This document shows, one piece after another, positions 1-9,574 of a stretch of DNA of 64,000 nt. Location of the stretch: positions 1 through 64,000 of the forward strand of contig NZ_MWQY01000013.1 of the NCBI RefSeq assembly GCF_002087085.1, given 5' to 3'. Each line of letters starts with the position of its first letter. Positions within the stretch are counted from its first letter, which is position 1. A model generated the notes under the pieces. It ran no database searches. It saw nothing but the letters and a program-made list of their open reading frames with translations, and was not told the DNA's origin. Position numbers and translations under genes: made by a program.

Positions 1-55
1 GCTAGGGTAAAACCGCTGGCGGAGTTCATTTCTATTCGGAATCGCTCACTTTAGG

Positions 56-341
56 TAAAACCATAAAGCAGAATTTAAACATAAAGAAGTTCTTCGGAAC
101 ATCCAGAAATGCTGTGATGACTCAGATATGGATCGCATTGATTGCATTCTTGTTGCTCCAACAATTGAAAATGCTGTCTACCAGAACATGGACTCATTTT
201 TCGCTTATGAAATTGATTCCGACTATTCTGAACTCCCGAAAAGATATATGGACTATTCTTAATAAACCACCACCAAAGGGTAGAGTAACAAAATCTGTCA
301 ATCTTCAGATGGTGATGTTATGATTGTTTTGGACAGCTATG
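56..341 (+). mobile_element. 3' part of an IS4-family insertion sequence (transposase C-terminus plus right terminal repeat)
   Basis: Frame 57-323 reads KTIKQNLNIKKFFGTSRNAVMTQIWIALIAFLL, typical of the IS4 transposase tail. The stop is followed by ttttggacagctatg (327-341), resembling an IS4 right end. Confidence 0.75.
57..323 (+). pseudogene. IS4-family transposase C-terminal fragment
   Basis: Similarity breaks upstream of position 57: the expected WxIExFF motif is absent and there is an in-frame TAG at 3-5. Confidence 0.7.
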
Positions 342-1003
342 ATGTGAGAGATATCTATTATGATTGGGACGCGCCATATAACGAGGACATTGGAGACCGA
401 ACAGATACTGGAGACTGGCCGGCATGGTTTACTGATACAACAATTCAGGGCAACGGAGAAACCCAGCGAGACAACATAATGAACGCTGTTTACACCACAG
501 CAAACAAGAATGCGACGTATACGGCTATCGCCGATCCAGGTGGGGAGAATGACATCATAATGTTCAAGTCCTGTTATCCGTTAAGCGAAGTCGGTTCAAG
601 TATTGACGATGAGAAGGCTATATACAATGAGATATTGAGCTACTTTGAGCTAAGACAGGATAAACTGTTCATACTCGTAACTCCTCCCGGAGAGACTGTA
701 GTTTCAAGCTATGTACTTACTCGTGAACTGTGTGAATGGCTGGTGGACGAAGAGAATGGCTGGCTCTCAGGTTACTCTGGAAATAACGTTGGTGTATTCG
801 ATTTCTACTGTGTCCTCTCGGAAACGGGTTCCCATCATACCATTGAGGATGGAGAGCTGGTCTACACCTACGCACCTGACTACGATGGAACATCGCCGTA
901 TCATGACGGAAATAATCATCCTAACAGCACAGGGAACCAGAAATCGACTGACGAGTTTGTTCCTCTGCTGAACTACTATTACAACAGATGGAAATGTAAT
1001 TAG
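342..1003 (+). pseudogene. 5'-truncated SGNH-like hydrolase/hypothetical protein interrupted by the IS4 element
   Basis: The ORF 320-1003 start codon lies inside the IS end. The remainder has IIMFKSCYP, FILVTPP and a C-terminal GNNHPNSTGNQK (DxxH-like) motif. Confidence 0.55.
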
Positions 1004-1068
1004 TTTGGAAAAATAAAAGGCGGCCCGGAATTAAATCAAAAAATGTTAAGCGATGTATCGTTGGCGTT

Positions 1069-1518
1069 GTGTTCTTTTTTTTCACTCTCCAACTCTTCAC
1101 CGATACCTCCGAACTCTCCCTTGGAGCTGGCATCAGCATTGACGTAGCTCCTTACGGTATCGAACAGACATTCATTACTATCTATTCAACCTATAGGCCG
1201 GGGAATGCTCCCTGGTTAATGGCAAAAGCATCTTTTTCGTTTAACCGTTCTGCAGTAATTGCAGGATTTCCTCTCTGCCTGATTGTTCCTCTGAGTAATG
1301 GTGATGACAATCCGGGCTTGGAAGCCTGGATGGGTGGGGGATTTGAATACTTCCACAGCCGGGAACTATCTGCCTTTTTACCTCTATTATCCGCTGGAGG
1401 CAGGCTGATGCTCAGAAACGTTTTTTTCGATATACTTGTAGAATCTGTATTCCGGACAGATAAAAATGACATCGATTCAAGCATCGGGTTTTCCGCAGGA
1501 TATCTTCTCAGTTTTTAA
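1069..1518 (+). CDS. hypothetical exported protein, possibly a small outer-membrane beta-barrel
   Basis: Hydrophobic N-terminus, alternating beta-strand pattern and C-terminal Phe. Start uncertain. Confidence 0.5.
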   Translation: MFFFFTLQLFTDTSELSLGAGISIDVAPYGIEQTFITIYSTYRPGNAPWLMAKASFSFNRSAVIAGFPLCLIVPLSNGDDNPGLEAWMGGGFEYFHSRELSAFLPLLSAGGRLMLRNVFFDILVESVFRTDKNDIDSSIGFSAGYLLSF

Positions 1519-1551
1519 TTCCAAAATGAATTACACTGAGATACACTATAC

Positions 1552-2382
1552 CTATTCGGCTGGTGTAAACCGGATCCAGTCAATCTGATAAATACACTCC
1601 ACATCCGCTTCCGGTGGACCATTGATCCAGTTTTCCTTGCTCCAGACGTTGAGCTTTAACTGGTAGGGTTCAGTGATGTTTATATCACCTTCACTATACG
1701 TATAGGTTCGAAGAGTAATATCATCGACAAACCAACGGATAAACTCAGGAGTAATTTCAAATCCCCAAGTGTGAAAATCATCGGATGGATTGAAATCAAG
1801 GGCAATGTCCGGTACTGACTCATAACTGTTATATCCCTCTGCGTGTACTGCATAATGCACTCTTCCAAAATCTTCTGCGAATGTATAGGTCAAGAATTCG
1901 ATGTCGATTTCCTGTTTGGTTCCATCACTGGTTGAAGAAGAAGTACTCATATCGTCCCAGTCAATTGTGAAGAAAGAGTTGAGAACACCAGGAACGGAGG
2001 AAGGTTTAAGACTAGCCTCCCAGGTTCCGTAGAGGTATTCCTCTCTGGTTTGCAGTGCAGCATTCAAGTACCCATCTACGCTGTCATTGATGAATATCAT
2101 ATTGAGCTTGCCATCCTCAACAAAACACCGATCATAACCGGTTTGGCCACCATGTTCACTCCAAGTGGCGACCTGCCATACTGAAGTGTCCAGGGTGTCA
2201 AAGGTTTCTAAGAATACATTTGGATTAGATTCTCCCTCATTTTCTTCCTCAGCTTCGTCTTGTTCTGTAAGCTGTTCATTCTCATCTACAGCATCAACTG
2301 GAAGGTCAAGTGCACATCCAATAGTTCCAATCGAAACGATTAATATAATCGTAGCAATGAGGAGTAATGTATGTTTAGTCAT
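1552..2382 (-). CDS. glycoside hydrolase family 16 lipoprotein (beta-glucanase-like)
   Basis: Catalytic EIDIE motif, DFHTWGFE..P..IRWFVD and YQIDWIR; signal peptide ending in TIGC. Confidence 0.85.
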   Translation of the reverse strand: MTKHTLLLIATIILIVSIGTIGCALDLPVDAVDENEQLTEQDEAEEENEGESNPNVFLETFDTLDTSVWQVATWSEHGGQTGYDRCFVEDGKLNMIFINDSVDGYLNAALQTREEYLYGTWEASLKPSSVPGVLNSFFTIDWDDMSTSSSTSDGTKQEIDIEFLTYTFAEDFGRVHYAVHAEGYNSYESVPDIALDFNPSDDFHTWGFEITPEFIRWFVDDITLRTYTYSEGDINITEPYQLKLNVWSKENWINGPPEADVECIYQIDWIRFTPAE

Positions 2383-2703
2383 ACTACCACCTTGATATAA
2401 AAGATATTAATACAAAGCAAAAAGTATGCCAGAATGAATTATTTTAGGAAAGAAAATATAATTCTTAACAATATAAGTATTTATCTATCAAACAATCTTT
2501 TTCAAATATAAATATGTGCACAAAATCATACATATTTATTATTGTATCCATTTATAATAGTCCAATAAATCCATTTTCGCGCATTTCAATGCCATGTAGT
2601 TCGCTTTGGCACAGACAGGATGTTGGGATACCTATTGCATTGCGGCTGGATTTGTTCTAATATCTTCCCCCATACAAGCCATTTCAAGGTAATGAGGAAG
2701 AAG

Positions 2704-3015
2704 ATGCCAACCTATGATTATGAGTGCCAGTCCTGCGGACACGTTTTTGAGTATTTTCAGAGCATGTCCGACGACCCCCTCAAGGAATGTCCAAAGTGCG
2801 GCAAAGAGGTAAAACGCCTTATCGGCGGCGGCATGGGCATAATCTTCAAGGGGAGCGGTTTCTATGTTACCGATAACCGCTCGGGTTCCAGCGGCTCCGG
2901 GGGCGGGGCTAAAAAGTCCTCGTCCGGCGGCGGAGACTCAAAGTCTTCCGATCCTTCGTCGGCCGGAAGCCCCGCCGGGGATAAAAAAAGCGGTAACAGC
3001 AAGGAGAGCGCCTGA
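2704..3015 (+). CDS. FmdB-family zinc-ribbon protein
   Basis: MPTYDYECQSCGH...CPKCG...IFKGSGFYVTD followed by a Ser/Gly-rich tail. ATG at 2704 follows AGGA. Confidence 0.9.
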   Translation: MPTYDYECQSCGHVFEYFQSMSDDPLKECPKCGKEVKRLIGGGMGIIFKGSGFYVTDNRSGSSGSGGGAKKSSSGGGDSKSSDPSSAGSPAGDKKSGNSKESA

Positions 3016-3040
3016 TTCACCATCGGGCGCTTTTTTTTTT
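3007..3040 (+). terminator. intrinsic terminator
   Basis: agcgcctgat-tcacc-atcgggcgct stem followed by a T run, between convergent genes. Confidence 0.8.
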
Positions 3041-3060
3041 GCTCTTTTGCTTCCTGCCCG

Positions 3061-4260
3061 CTATTCGTTCTCCGGGTACGGCGGAATGTAAATCCGCTCA
3101 CTCTCCTCATAGGCTTCGGTCAGCTCGTTTTCAAGTCCTGCCTGCCGGTATATCCCCAGGATTTTGCTGAAATTCGGCGATGTCAGGGGGTGTTTCGGCG
3201 AGAATATTGTGCAGCAGTCCTCGTAGGGCAGTATGGAGGTCTCATAGGTTCCGATTCTCTCTGCCGTGCGGATAATCTCTTCCTTGTCCATGCCGATAAG
3301 GGGCCGGAACACAGGGTAATCCGTTACGCTCCCGGTAAAGCGCATGCTGCCTGCTGTCTGGCTGGCAACCTGGCTCAAGGCCTCACCGCTTACAAGGGCG
3401 CCGGCTCCACGCTCTTCCGCGGCCATATGGGCTACCTGCATCATTCCCGCCCGCATTATCAGGGTAACCGCCTCCTTGGGGACCCTCTCCTTTATTTTAA
3501 GCTGAGTTTTCGTAAAGGGTACCACAAAAAGGTTCATTCCCCCATTCCAGGGGGCCAGGATGCGGGCCAGCTGCACAACCTTTTCCTTTGCCTCGTCGGA
3601 GGTGTAGGGGTAGGCATGAAAATAGACAGCATCCAGCTTTAATCCCCGCTTGGCCATCATCCAGCCAGCCACGGGTGAGTCGATTCCCCCGGAAAGGAGC
3701 AGTATTCCCTTGCCGGCGCAGCTTACAGGGAGTCCCCCGGGTCCCGCGGACTGGGGACCCCAGATGTACACCTTGTCCCGGACCTCGATCTGAAGGGATA
3801 CATCCGGATTCTTAACATCCACCGTCAATCCGGGTATGTCACGGGTAAGCCTGTCTCCGAGCTCCACGGCAATCTGGTAGGAGTTCAGAGGAAAACTCTT
3901 GTCTGTCCGTTTGGCGTTTATCTTGAAGCTGAGTGTTCCCGAGGCCGAAGCCCTTACTTCTTTCTGTAAAAGCTCTGCCGCGGTAGCCCTGATTGCTTCC
4001 ATATCCTTTTCGCTGACACGAACCCGGGCAAAGGCGACGATACCGAAGGTTGATGCAAGTACCTCCTCAGCAACCGCCGGATTGCCGGAAAACAATTCCA
4101 GAAAAAAGCGTCCCCGTCCGCCGGTAACCCGTGCCTCAAGTCCTTTAAGGCGGCGCTTTATGTTTTCCTTGAGCTGCTGTTCGAACATCCTGCGGTTGTT
4201 GCCCTTGAGTCCGATTTCTCCAACCCGGATCAGGTAGTGGGCAGTTAGCTCCCTGTTCAT
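3061..4260 (-). CDS. thiI: tRNA 4-thiouridine synthase ThiI (no rhodanese domain)
   Basis: GEIGLKGNNR, THUMP region, PP-loop LLSGGIDSPVA, QVASQT and PYEDCC. Confidence 0.95.
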   Translation of the reverse strand: MNRELTAHYLIRVGEIGLKGNNRRMFEQQLKENIKRRLKGLEARVTGGRGRFFLELFSGNPAVAEEVLASTFGIVAFARVRVSEKDMEAIRATAAELLQKEVRASASGTLSFKINAKRTDKSFPLNSYQIAVELGDRLTRDIPGLTVDVKNPDVSLQIEVRDKVYIWGPQSAGPGGLPVSCAGKGILLLSGGIDSPVAGWMMAKRGLKLDAVYFHAYPYTSDEAKEKVVQLARILAPWNGGMNLFVVPFTKTQLKIKERVPKEAVTLIMRAGMMQVAHMAAEERGAGALVSGEALSQVASQTAGSMRFTGSVTDYPVFRPLIGMDKEEIIRTAERIGTYETSILPYEDCCTIFSPKHPLTSPNFSKILGIYRQAGLENELTEAYEESERIYIPPYPENE

Positions 4261-5438
4261 CCCAGCTGCTCCTTGATGGTTCCGATTTCCCTTGTGGCTG
4301 TTTCTACAAAGGCTTCGATTTCTTCATCCCGTGTCGCCGGACCCAGAGAAATCCGAATTGAGGATTCGGCAGCCTGCGGGCTGACTCCAAGGACCTTCAA
4401 TACCCGGTTGATCTTCTCTTTTTTCCGTCCCCTGTCTGCGCTGCTGGAACAGGCCGATCCGGTGGATACGGCGTAGCCGCAGTCGCTTAAGACTCGCTGC
4501 AGTACCTCTCCCGGTACGGGAGGAAAGGAGCACTTCAATATAAAAGGCGATATATGCGAATCTGTGCCCGCAGCCTGTTCAGGAATAAAAAGTACTCCTG
4601 GTATTTCCGAAAGCCCCTCCATAAGACGGGTCTTTTGTCGGCGGGCCTGTTCCCGATGCTCCTCTATTAAGGGAAGGCGTTTTTCCATGACCCTGGCAAG
4701 GGCCGCTATTCCGGGAAGGTTTTCCGTCCCGGGGCGGACGCCTTTCTCCTGTCCGCCACCTTTAAAAAGTCCCTGAATGGGGCGTCTCAGGTAAAGTATA
4801 CCGATGCCCCTGGGGGCGCCTATTTTATGGCCGGAAAAAGAGGCCGAATCCACCCCCAGATCTTCAAGATCGATCTTCTCTTTTCCCAGGGCCTGAACGG
4901 CGTCGGTATGAATATGGGGCGGTTTTTTCCCCCCGCGGGCATCCCGTAAGGCTGCGGCAATGCTTTTTACGTCCTGGACAATTCCTGTCTCATTGTTAAG
5001 GAGCATTATGCTTATAAGCTCTGTTTCAGAGCTAAAAGCGTGCAGGGCCACATCCGGACTGATGCGTCCGTCCTTTCCCGGTTTTACCTCGTGTACCGGA
5101 TAGCCGAGTTCGGAATAGACTCTGGCCGTTTCCCATACCGAGGGGTGTTCCGTGGCGCCAATCAGAATCGATCCCTTCCTTACGCTTAATAGGAGCTGGG
5201 AAAAAACGATGGAGGTCGACTCGCTTCCTCCTGAGGTAAAATAAATCTGCTCCGGTTTGCAGTTCAGCAGTTCTGCGATTCTTTTTCGGGATTCAGCGAG
5301 GAGTTCCGCGGCTTTTTTCCCGTAAGAATGCAGGGATGAGGGGTTTCCGAAGTATTCCAGGGCCACCTGCCGCGCGTAATCCAATGCATCCGGATCTGGT
5401 GGGGCGGTGGCTGCCCAGTCCAGGTAAGTAGAAATCAT
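4257..5438 (-). CDS. cysteine desulfurase (IscS/NifZ-like), coupled to thiI
   Basis: YLDWAAT, FTSGGSES, HTDAVQA, SGHK (PLP lysine) and STGSACSS. Confidence 0.92.
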   Translation of the reverse strand: MISTYLDWAATAPPDPDALDYARQVALEYFGNPSSLHSYGKKAAELLAESRKRIAELLNCKPEQIYFTSGGSESTSIVFSQLLLSVRKGSILIGATEHPSVWETARVYSELGYPVHEVKPGKDGRISPDVALHAFSSETELISIMLLNNETGIVQDVKSIAAALRDARGGKKPPHIHTDAVQALGKEKIDLEDLGVDSASFSGHKIGAPRGIGILYLRRPIQGLFKGGGQEKGVRPGTENLPGIAALARVMEKRLPLIEEHREQARRQKTRLMEGLSEIPGVLFIPEQAAGTDSHISPFILKCSFPPVPGEVLQRVLSDCGYAVSTGSACSSSADRGRKKEKINRVLKVLGVSPQAAESSIRISLGPATRDEEIEAFVETATREIGTIKEQLG

Positions 5439-5444
5439 TCTGCC

Positions 5445-5473
5445 ATAATAAGAATTAGCCCATTATTACTCAA
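5445..5473 (-). promoter_or_regulatory. sigma70-like promoter, probably leaderless
   Basis: TTGAGT-N17-TATTAT, then 6 nt to the ATG at 5438. Confidence 0.6.
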
Positions 5474-5561
5474 GGGCACAGAAATGTTACGGATTATGGA
5501 ATCGTTATATATGAAATCAATACTTGATTTTGATTCCCTTCTAGGTGTACAGTTGCCTAAC

Positions 5562-5855
5562 ATGAATCAAGCAACCTGTTGTCCAGATTCTCTGATTGAG
5601 TCCTATGCCGAACGTCTCAAGGTCTGCGGGCATCCGGTACGGCTGAAGATACTCTGTCTTATAGAAAAAGAGAACGCCTGCGTAAGCGAACTCTGGCAGT
5701 GTCTTCAACAGTCCCAGCCGGTTATCTCCCAGCATCTCGCGGTGCTGAAAAACAAGGGGATAGTCAGCTCCGCCGTCGACGGTAATCGGCGGATCTATTC
5801 AATCAGCGATGATTTTGTAAAGGCTATTATTAAGAGTTTTCCCCATCAGGTGTAG
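5562..5855 (+). CDS. ArsR/SmtB-family transcriptional regulator
   Basis: LKVCGHPVRLKIL...CVSEL...SQPVISQHLAVLKNKGIV. The ATG at 5562 is preferred over 5484. Confidence 0.88.
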   Translation: MNQATCCPDSLIESYAERLKVCGHPVRLKILCLIEKENACVSELWQCLQQSQPVISQHLAVLKNKGIVSSAVDGNRRIYSISDDFVKAIIKSFPHQV

Positions 5856-5856
5856 G

Positions 5857-6897
5857 GTGGATCGATCTTTTACCCTTGGTCTTCGCAGAACTCGGGTCCG
5901 GTCTTTCGACTCCGGGAGTATCGATCCGGATAATCTGCCTTCGAGTAGGGCAGCACTCTGGGTCTGCGACGAGGCAACCCGACAGTTCCTCCCTTCCGGG
6001 GCTGATCCTGTGCTTGTGCTTTCCCGGGGGGAGGCCGCCAAGAACTGGGACTCTGTGTTAAAGATCATCGATGCCGCTCTTTCCGTACCCCTCGGCCGGG
6101 ATGATCTGGTCATCGCCCTGGGCGGCGGTGTCGTCTGTGATACCGCGGCTTTCGCAGCTTCCATCTACATGCGGGGTTGCGGACTGGTTCTGATTCCTTC
6201 CACCCTTCTTTCCATGATCGATGCCTCCCTGGGCGGAAAAACCGGTATCGATTACGGCACTTACAAGAATATAATAGGCAGCTTCTATCCCGCCGGTGAA
6301 ATCCTCATCTATCCATTCCTGCTCAAGAGCCTTCCGGAATCCGAGTATCTCTCCGGCCTGGCGGAGGTGTTAAAGCACGCCCTTCTGGAAGACAGCGATC
6401 TGTTTTCAGACCTCTCTGCCCGGAAGAGTGATGTGCTGTCACGGGACGTTCGGGTGTTGAACGATCTTATTCCCCGTTCCCTGGCGGTTAAGGGCAGAAT
6501 CGTCGAGGCGGATCCCACCGAAGAGGGTATCCGGGCGCAGTTGAATCTGGGACACACCTTTGGTCATGCTCTGGAGAGTCTTCTGGGTCTGGGGGTCCTG
6601 CCCCACGGTCATGCCGTCGCCTGGGGGATCGCTCGGGCAATGGAGGCCGGAGTGTCTCTGGGAGCGACGGATCCTGACTACGCTGCGGAAGTAAAGAAGT
6701 TTTTCACATCCTACGGTTACGATCTTGGCTACCGTATTCCCGACCTTGGCGTCTACCTGGATGTCCTCGAGCGGGACAAGAAGCGGAAAAACGGGGAGGT
6801 CCATTTTGTCCTTCAGCACCGCAGGGGCGACACCTTCTTTACTCCTCTTTCTGAGGAACTCCTCAAACAAGTGCTTGCCCCTTTTTCTGACGGCTAA
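5857..6897 (+). CDS. aroB: 3-dehydroquinate synthase
   Basis: GGGVVCD, DASLGGKTG, KNIIGSFY, LNLGHTFGHALE and HGHAV. Confidence 0.92.
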   Translation: MDRSFTLGLRRTRVRSFDSGSIDPDNLPSSRAALWVCDEATRQFLPSGADPVLVLSRGEAAKNWDSVLKIIDAALSVPLGRDDLVIALGGGVVCDTAAFAASIYMRGCGLVLIPSTLLSMIDASLGGKTGIDYGTYKNIIGSFYPAGEILIYPFLLKSLPESEYLSGLAEVLKHALLEDSDLFSDLSARKSDVLSRDVRVLNDLIPRSLAVKGRIVEADPTEEGIRAQLNLGHTFGHALESLLGLGVLPHGHAVAWGIARAMEAGVSLGATDPDYAAEVKKFFTSYGYDLGYRIPDLGVYLDVLERDKKRKNGEVHFVLQHRRGDTFFTPLSEELLKQVLAPFSDG

Positions 6898-6904
6898 TCT
6901 TTAT

Positions 6905-7053
6905 TACTGTCCCGAATCGTGGGGATGGATAGCAATTAAGGCTGCTTGCTCAAAGGAATTATCCAACCCGATGTTACATATTGCGGGGAATTTTCCATTG
7001 TATCGGTAACATCCGGCTGCATGGTACTTATATCCCCACGATTCGGAACAGTA
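6905..7053. repeat. MITE-like element with 22-bp terminal inverted repeats
   Basis: tactgtcccgaatcgtggggat (6905-6926) versus atccccacgattcggaacagta (7032-7053), 21/22 complementary; inner pair gatgttac/gtaacatc. Confidence 0.7.
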
Positions 7054-7071
7054 TGCAACTGGGATCCCGTC

Positions 7072-9573
7072 TTACTCCTCGTAGAGCCTGGATAAAAAGC
7101 GGTAGCGGTCGTTCACCGTCTTGGCGTACTTCTTGTTGGCTTTGGGGTCAAGTTCGTCTATAAGGACCTCCAGGCTTGCCAGGCTCATCTCTACGGCGGT
7201 GCTGAAGCGTTTGGCGGGTTTGAGCCAGTAGTTTCCTTCGCCGTTGGTATAGAGGGCCAGAAAGCCCAGGACGGAGCTGTTCTTTTTTGACGGCGCCAGC
7301 AGAAGGAGCTTCTCCAGTATTCCCGCCAGTTCTTCCATTCCCTGATAAGAGTTGAAGGTCTTTCCCTGGGGCCAGTCGCTGGTCAGCATCTGGGGAAGCT
7401 CTATGTGCTTCATCCAGCGGACGATCTTGCGGAGCTTCTCTCCGTTCAAAAACTCCCGGCCTTCGTAGACGACTACTCCTCGCAGGTTTCCCAGGTTGCT
7501 GCCGGAAAGGTCTCCCCGGCTGCGCTTTATGGCTTTTTTCAGGTCCTGGTAGGGGAGGAGAGCCAGTTTCTTCTTTCCTTTTCCCTTGCCTGAGCCCTGT
7601 TTCAGCATGAAGGTAACCCCGGCAATCTGGACCTCCCAGGTGGTGTCCCGCTGTTTTTCCCGGGTGCTCCGTTCCTCCTTGCCGCCCTTTCCCGGGGCAA
7701 GTCCCTTGGCCAGCAGGGGAGATATCCGGGCGAGCCACTCCTTCTTCAGGGGAGAGACGGAGCGGGCAAAGGTCCGGGAGGTTTTGACGATCTCTCCCGC
7801 GACGATGTACTGGGGGTTCTCACGGAACATCACCGATCCGGGATGAATCTGGATCTGCTCCGCCGTCAGGCTGTGGTAGACCCCGCGGCCTGAGCGGGCG
7901 CAGACAAACTGGATAAGTCCGGTGGATACGGCGCAGAGGTAGTCCTCCATGCTGCCGCCGGAGGATATGGGGACTCCCATGTCGCTGACGATCTGGGAGA
8001 GCTGCTGCTGGATATTGACTATCTCGTGGACGATCCGCTCGTCCAGGTAGTGGTGTTCGCAGAAACGTTTTTTGTTCTTTGAGGCTGTAAAGGCCCGGAA
8101 GAGCTTCAGGTAGGAGACGAAGTCTCCTGCAGCGTCGGCGAACTGATGGTGCGCCCGTCGGGCTTCCATCTCTTCCCCCTGGGGCAGCAGGAAGGGGGTG
8201 TTGGCGGAAAGAAAGGCCGCGGCGATCAGTATCTCCTCCAGGACATCGGGATGGCGCATGATTCCTTCGACGATCATCCGGGAGTGCCGGGGGAGCAGGG
8301 GGAACTGGACCATCATTTCTCCCACCCGGGAAAGATGACGTTCACCGTCCAGGGCTTCCAGGGTGTAGAGGGTCTCCACGGCGGATCGAATTCCCTGGAT
8401 TCCCGGGGAAGAGATAAAATCGAACTCCTCGAAGTCGCTTATTCCCAGTTCCGCCATCCTCAGGACTACCTCGGAGAGGTCTGTGCGGTAGATCTCTTCC
8501 ATGGTAAAAAGGGGCCGCTCCCGGAAGTCTTTTTTCGAGTAGAGACGGAAGCAGGTTCCCGGCTGGGTTCGTCCGGCCCGACCTTTTCGCTGGTTGCAGG
8601 AGGCCTGGGAAATGGGGTTCTCCACCAGGGAGGACGTAAAAGTTTTTGGATTGTAGTAGTTGATCTTGGCAAGTCCCGAATCGATCACCGTGGTTATCCC
8701 GTCGATGGTTACGCTGGTTTCGGCAATGTTCGTAGCCACAACGACCTTGTATTTTCCTTCCGGGGTTTCATCGAATACCCGCTCCTGTTCCTCCTTGCTC
8801 AGGCGCCCGTAGAGGGGCAGAACCTTGAGCCTCGGGGAAAAAGAGGAGCTCTCCAGGGCGTTGACGCACTCCTTGATGTTCCGTTCTCCCTGCAGAAAGA
8901 TCAGTACGTCCCCCGGGCTCTTCTGCTGGATCTTTTTCCGTACGATATCCACGATGGTCTGAACCAGGGTCTCTTCAGAGGAGCGTTCCGGCAAAGGTTC
9001 ATAGATCTCCTTGATGGGATAGATCCGGGTGTCGATATGAATGATCGGAGCACCGCTGAAGTACTCGGAAAAGACCACCGGATTTATGGTTGCCGAGGAG
9101 ACCACCACCTTGAAGTCCTTTCTGGCTTCCAGCACCTGCTTGAGGAGGCCCAGGATAAAGTCGATATTGAGGCTCCGTTCGTGGGCCTCGTCGACGATAA
9201 TCGCCGAGTAGCGGCTCAGGTAGCGGTCCGCCTTCATCTCCTGAAGCAGAATGCCGTCGGTCATGATCTTGATGCGGGTCTCCGGCAGGGTCTGGTCGTC
9301 AAAGCGCATCTTGTAGCCCACCTCGCCGGGGATCTCCGATCCGATCTGTTTGGCGATGTAGTCGCTCACCGACAGGGCCGCGATGCGCCGCGGCTGGGTT
9401 ACCCCAATGGTTCCCCCGTCGGAGTATCCCGCTCGATGGAGAATCAGGGGAAGCTGTGTCGTCTTTCCCGATCCCGTGGGACTTTCCACTATGATCACCT
9501 GGTTCTCTTTGAGGGCGTCCAGGATTTTCTCTTTCTGCTGGTAAACCGGCAGGTTTTCCGGGCTTATACGCAA
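7072..9573 (-). CDS. hrpA: ATP-dependent DEAH RNA helicase HrpA
   Basis: GSGKTTQLP, TQPRRIAA, DEAHERS, SAT, TNIAETS and QRKGRAGR. Confidence 0.93.
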   Translation of the reverse strand: MRISPENLPVYQQKEKILDALKENQVIIVESPTGSGKTTQLPLILHRAGYSDGGTIGVTQPRRIAALSVSDYIAKQIGSEIPGEVGYKMRFDDQTLPETRIKIMTDGILLQEMKADRYLSRYSAIIVDEAHERSLNIDFILGLLKQVLEARKDFKVVVSSATINPVVFSEYFSGAPIIHIDTRIYPIKEIYEPLPERSSEETLVQTIVDIVRKKIQQKSPGDVLIFLQGERNIKECVNALESSSFSPRLKVLPLYGRLSKEEQERVFDETPEGKYKVVVATNIAETSVTIDGITTVIDSGLAKINYYNPKTFTSSLVENPISQASCNQRKGRAGRTQPGTCFRLYSKKDFRERPLFTMEEIYRTDLSEVVLRMAELGISDFEEFDFISSPGIQGIRSAVETLYTLEALDGERHLSRVGEMMVQFPLLPRHSRMIVEGIMRHPDVLEEILIAAAFLSANTPFLLPQGEEMEARRAHHQFADAAGDFVSYLKLFRAFTASKNKKRFCEHHYLDERIVHEIVNIQQQLSQIVSDMGVPISSGGSMEDYLCAVSTGLIQFVCARSGRGVYHSLTAEQIQIHPGSVMFRENPQYIVAGEIVKTSRTFARSVSPLKKEWLARISPLLAKGLAPGKGGKEERSTREKQRDTTWEVQIAGVTFMLKQGSGKGKGKKKLALLPYQDLKKAIKRSRGDLSGSNLGNLRGVVVYEGREFLNGEKLRKIVRWMKHIELPQMLTSDWPQGKTFNSYQGMEELAGILEKLLLLAPSKKNSSVLGFLALYTNGEGNYWLKPAKRFSTAVEMSLASLEVLIDELDPKANKKYAKTVNDRYRFLSRLYEE

Positions 9574-9574
9574 A

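Noticed and set aside
6..62. ggtaaaacc direct repeat at 6-14 and 54-62
   Set aside because: Only 9 bp at the window edge; cannot be distinguished from chance.
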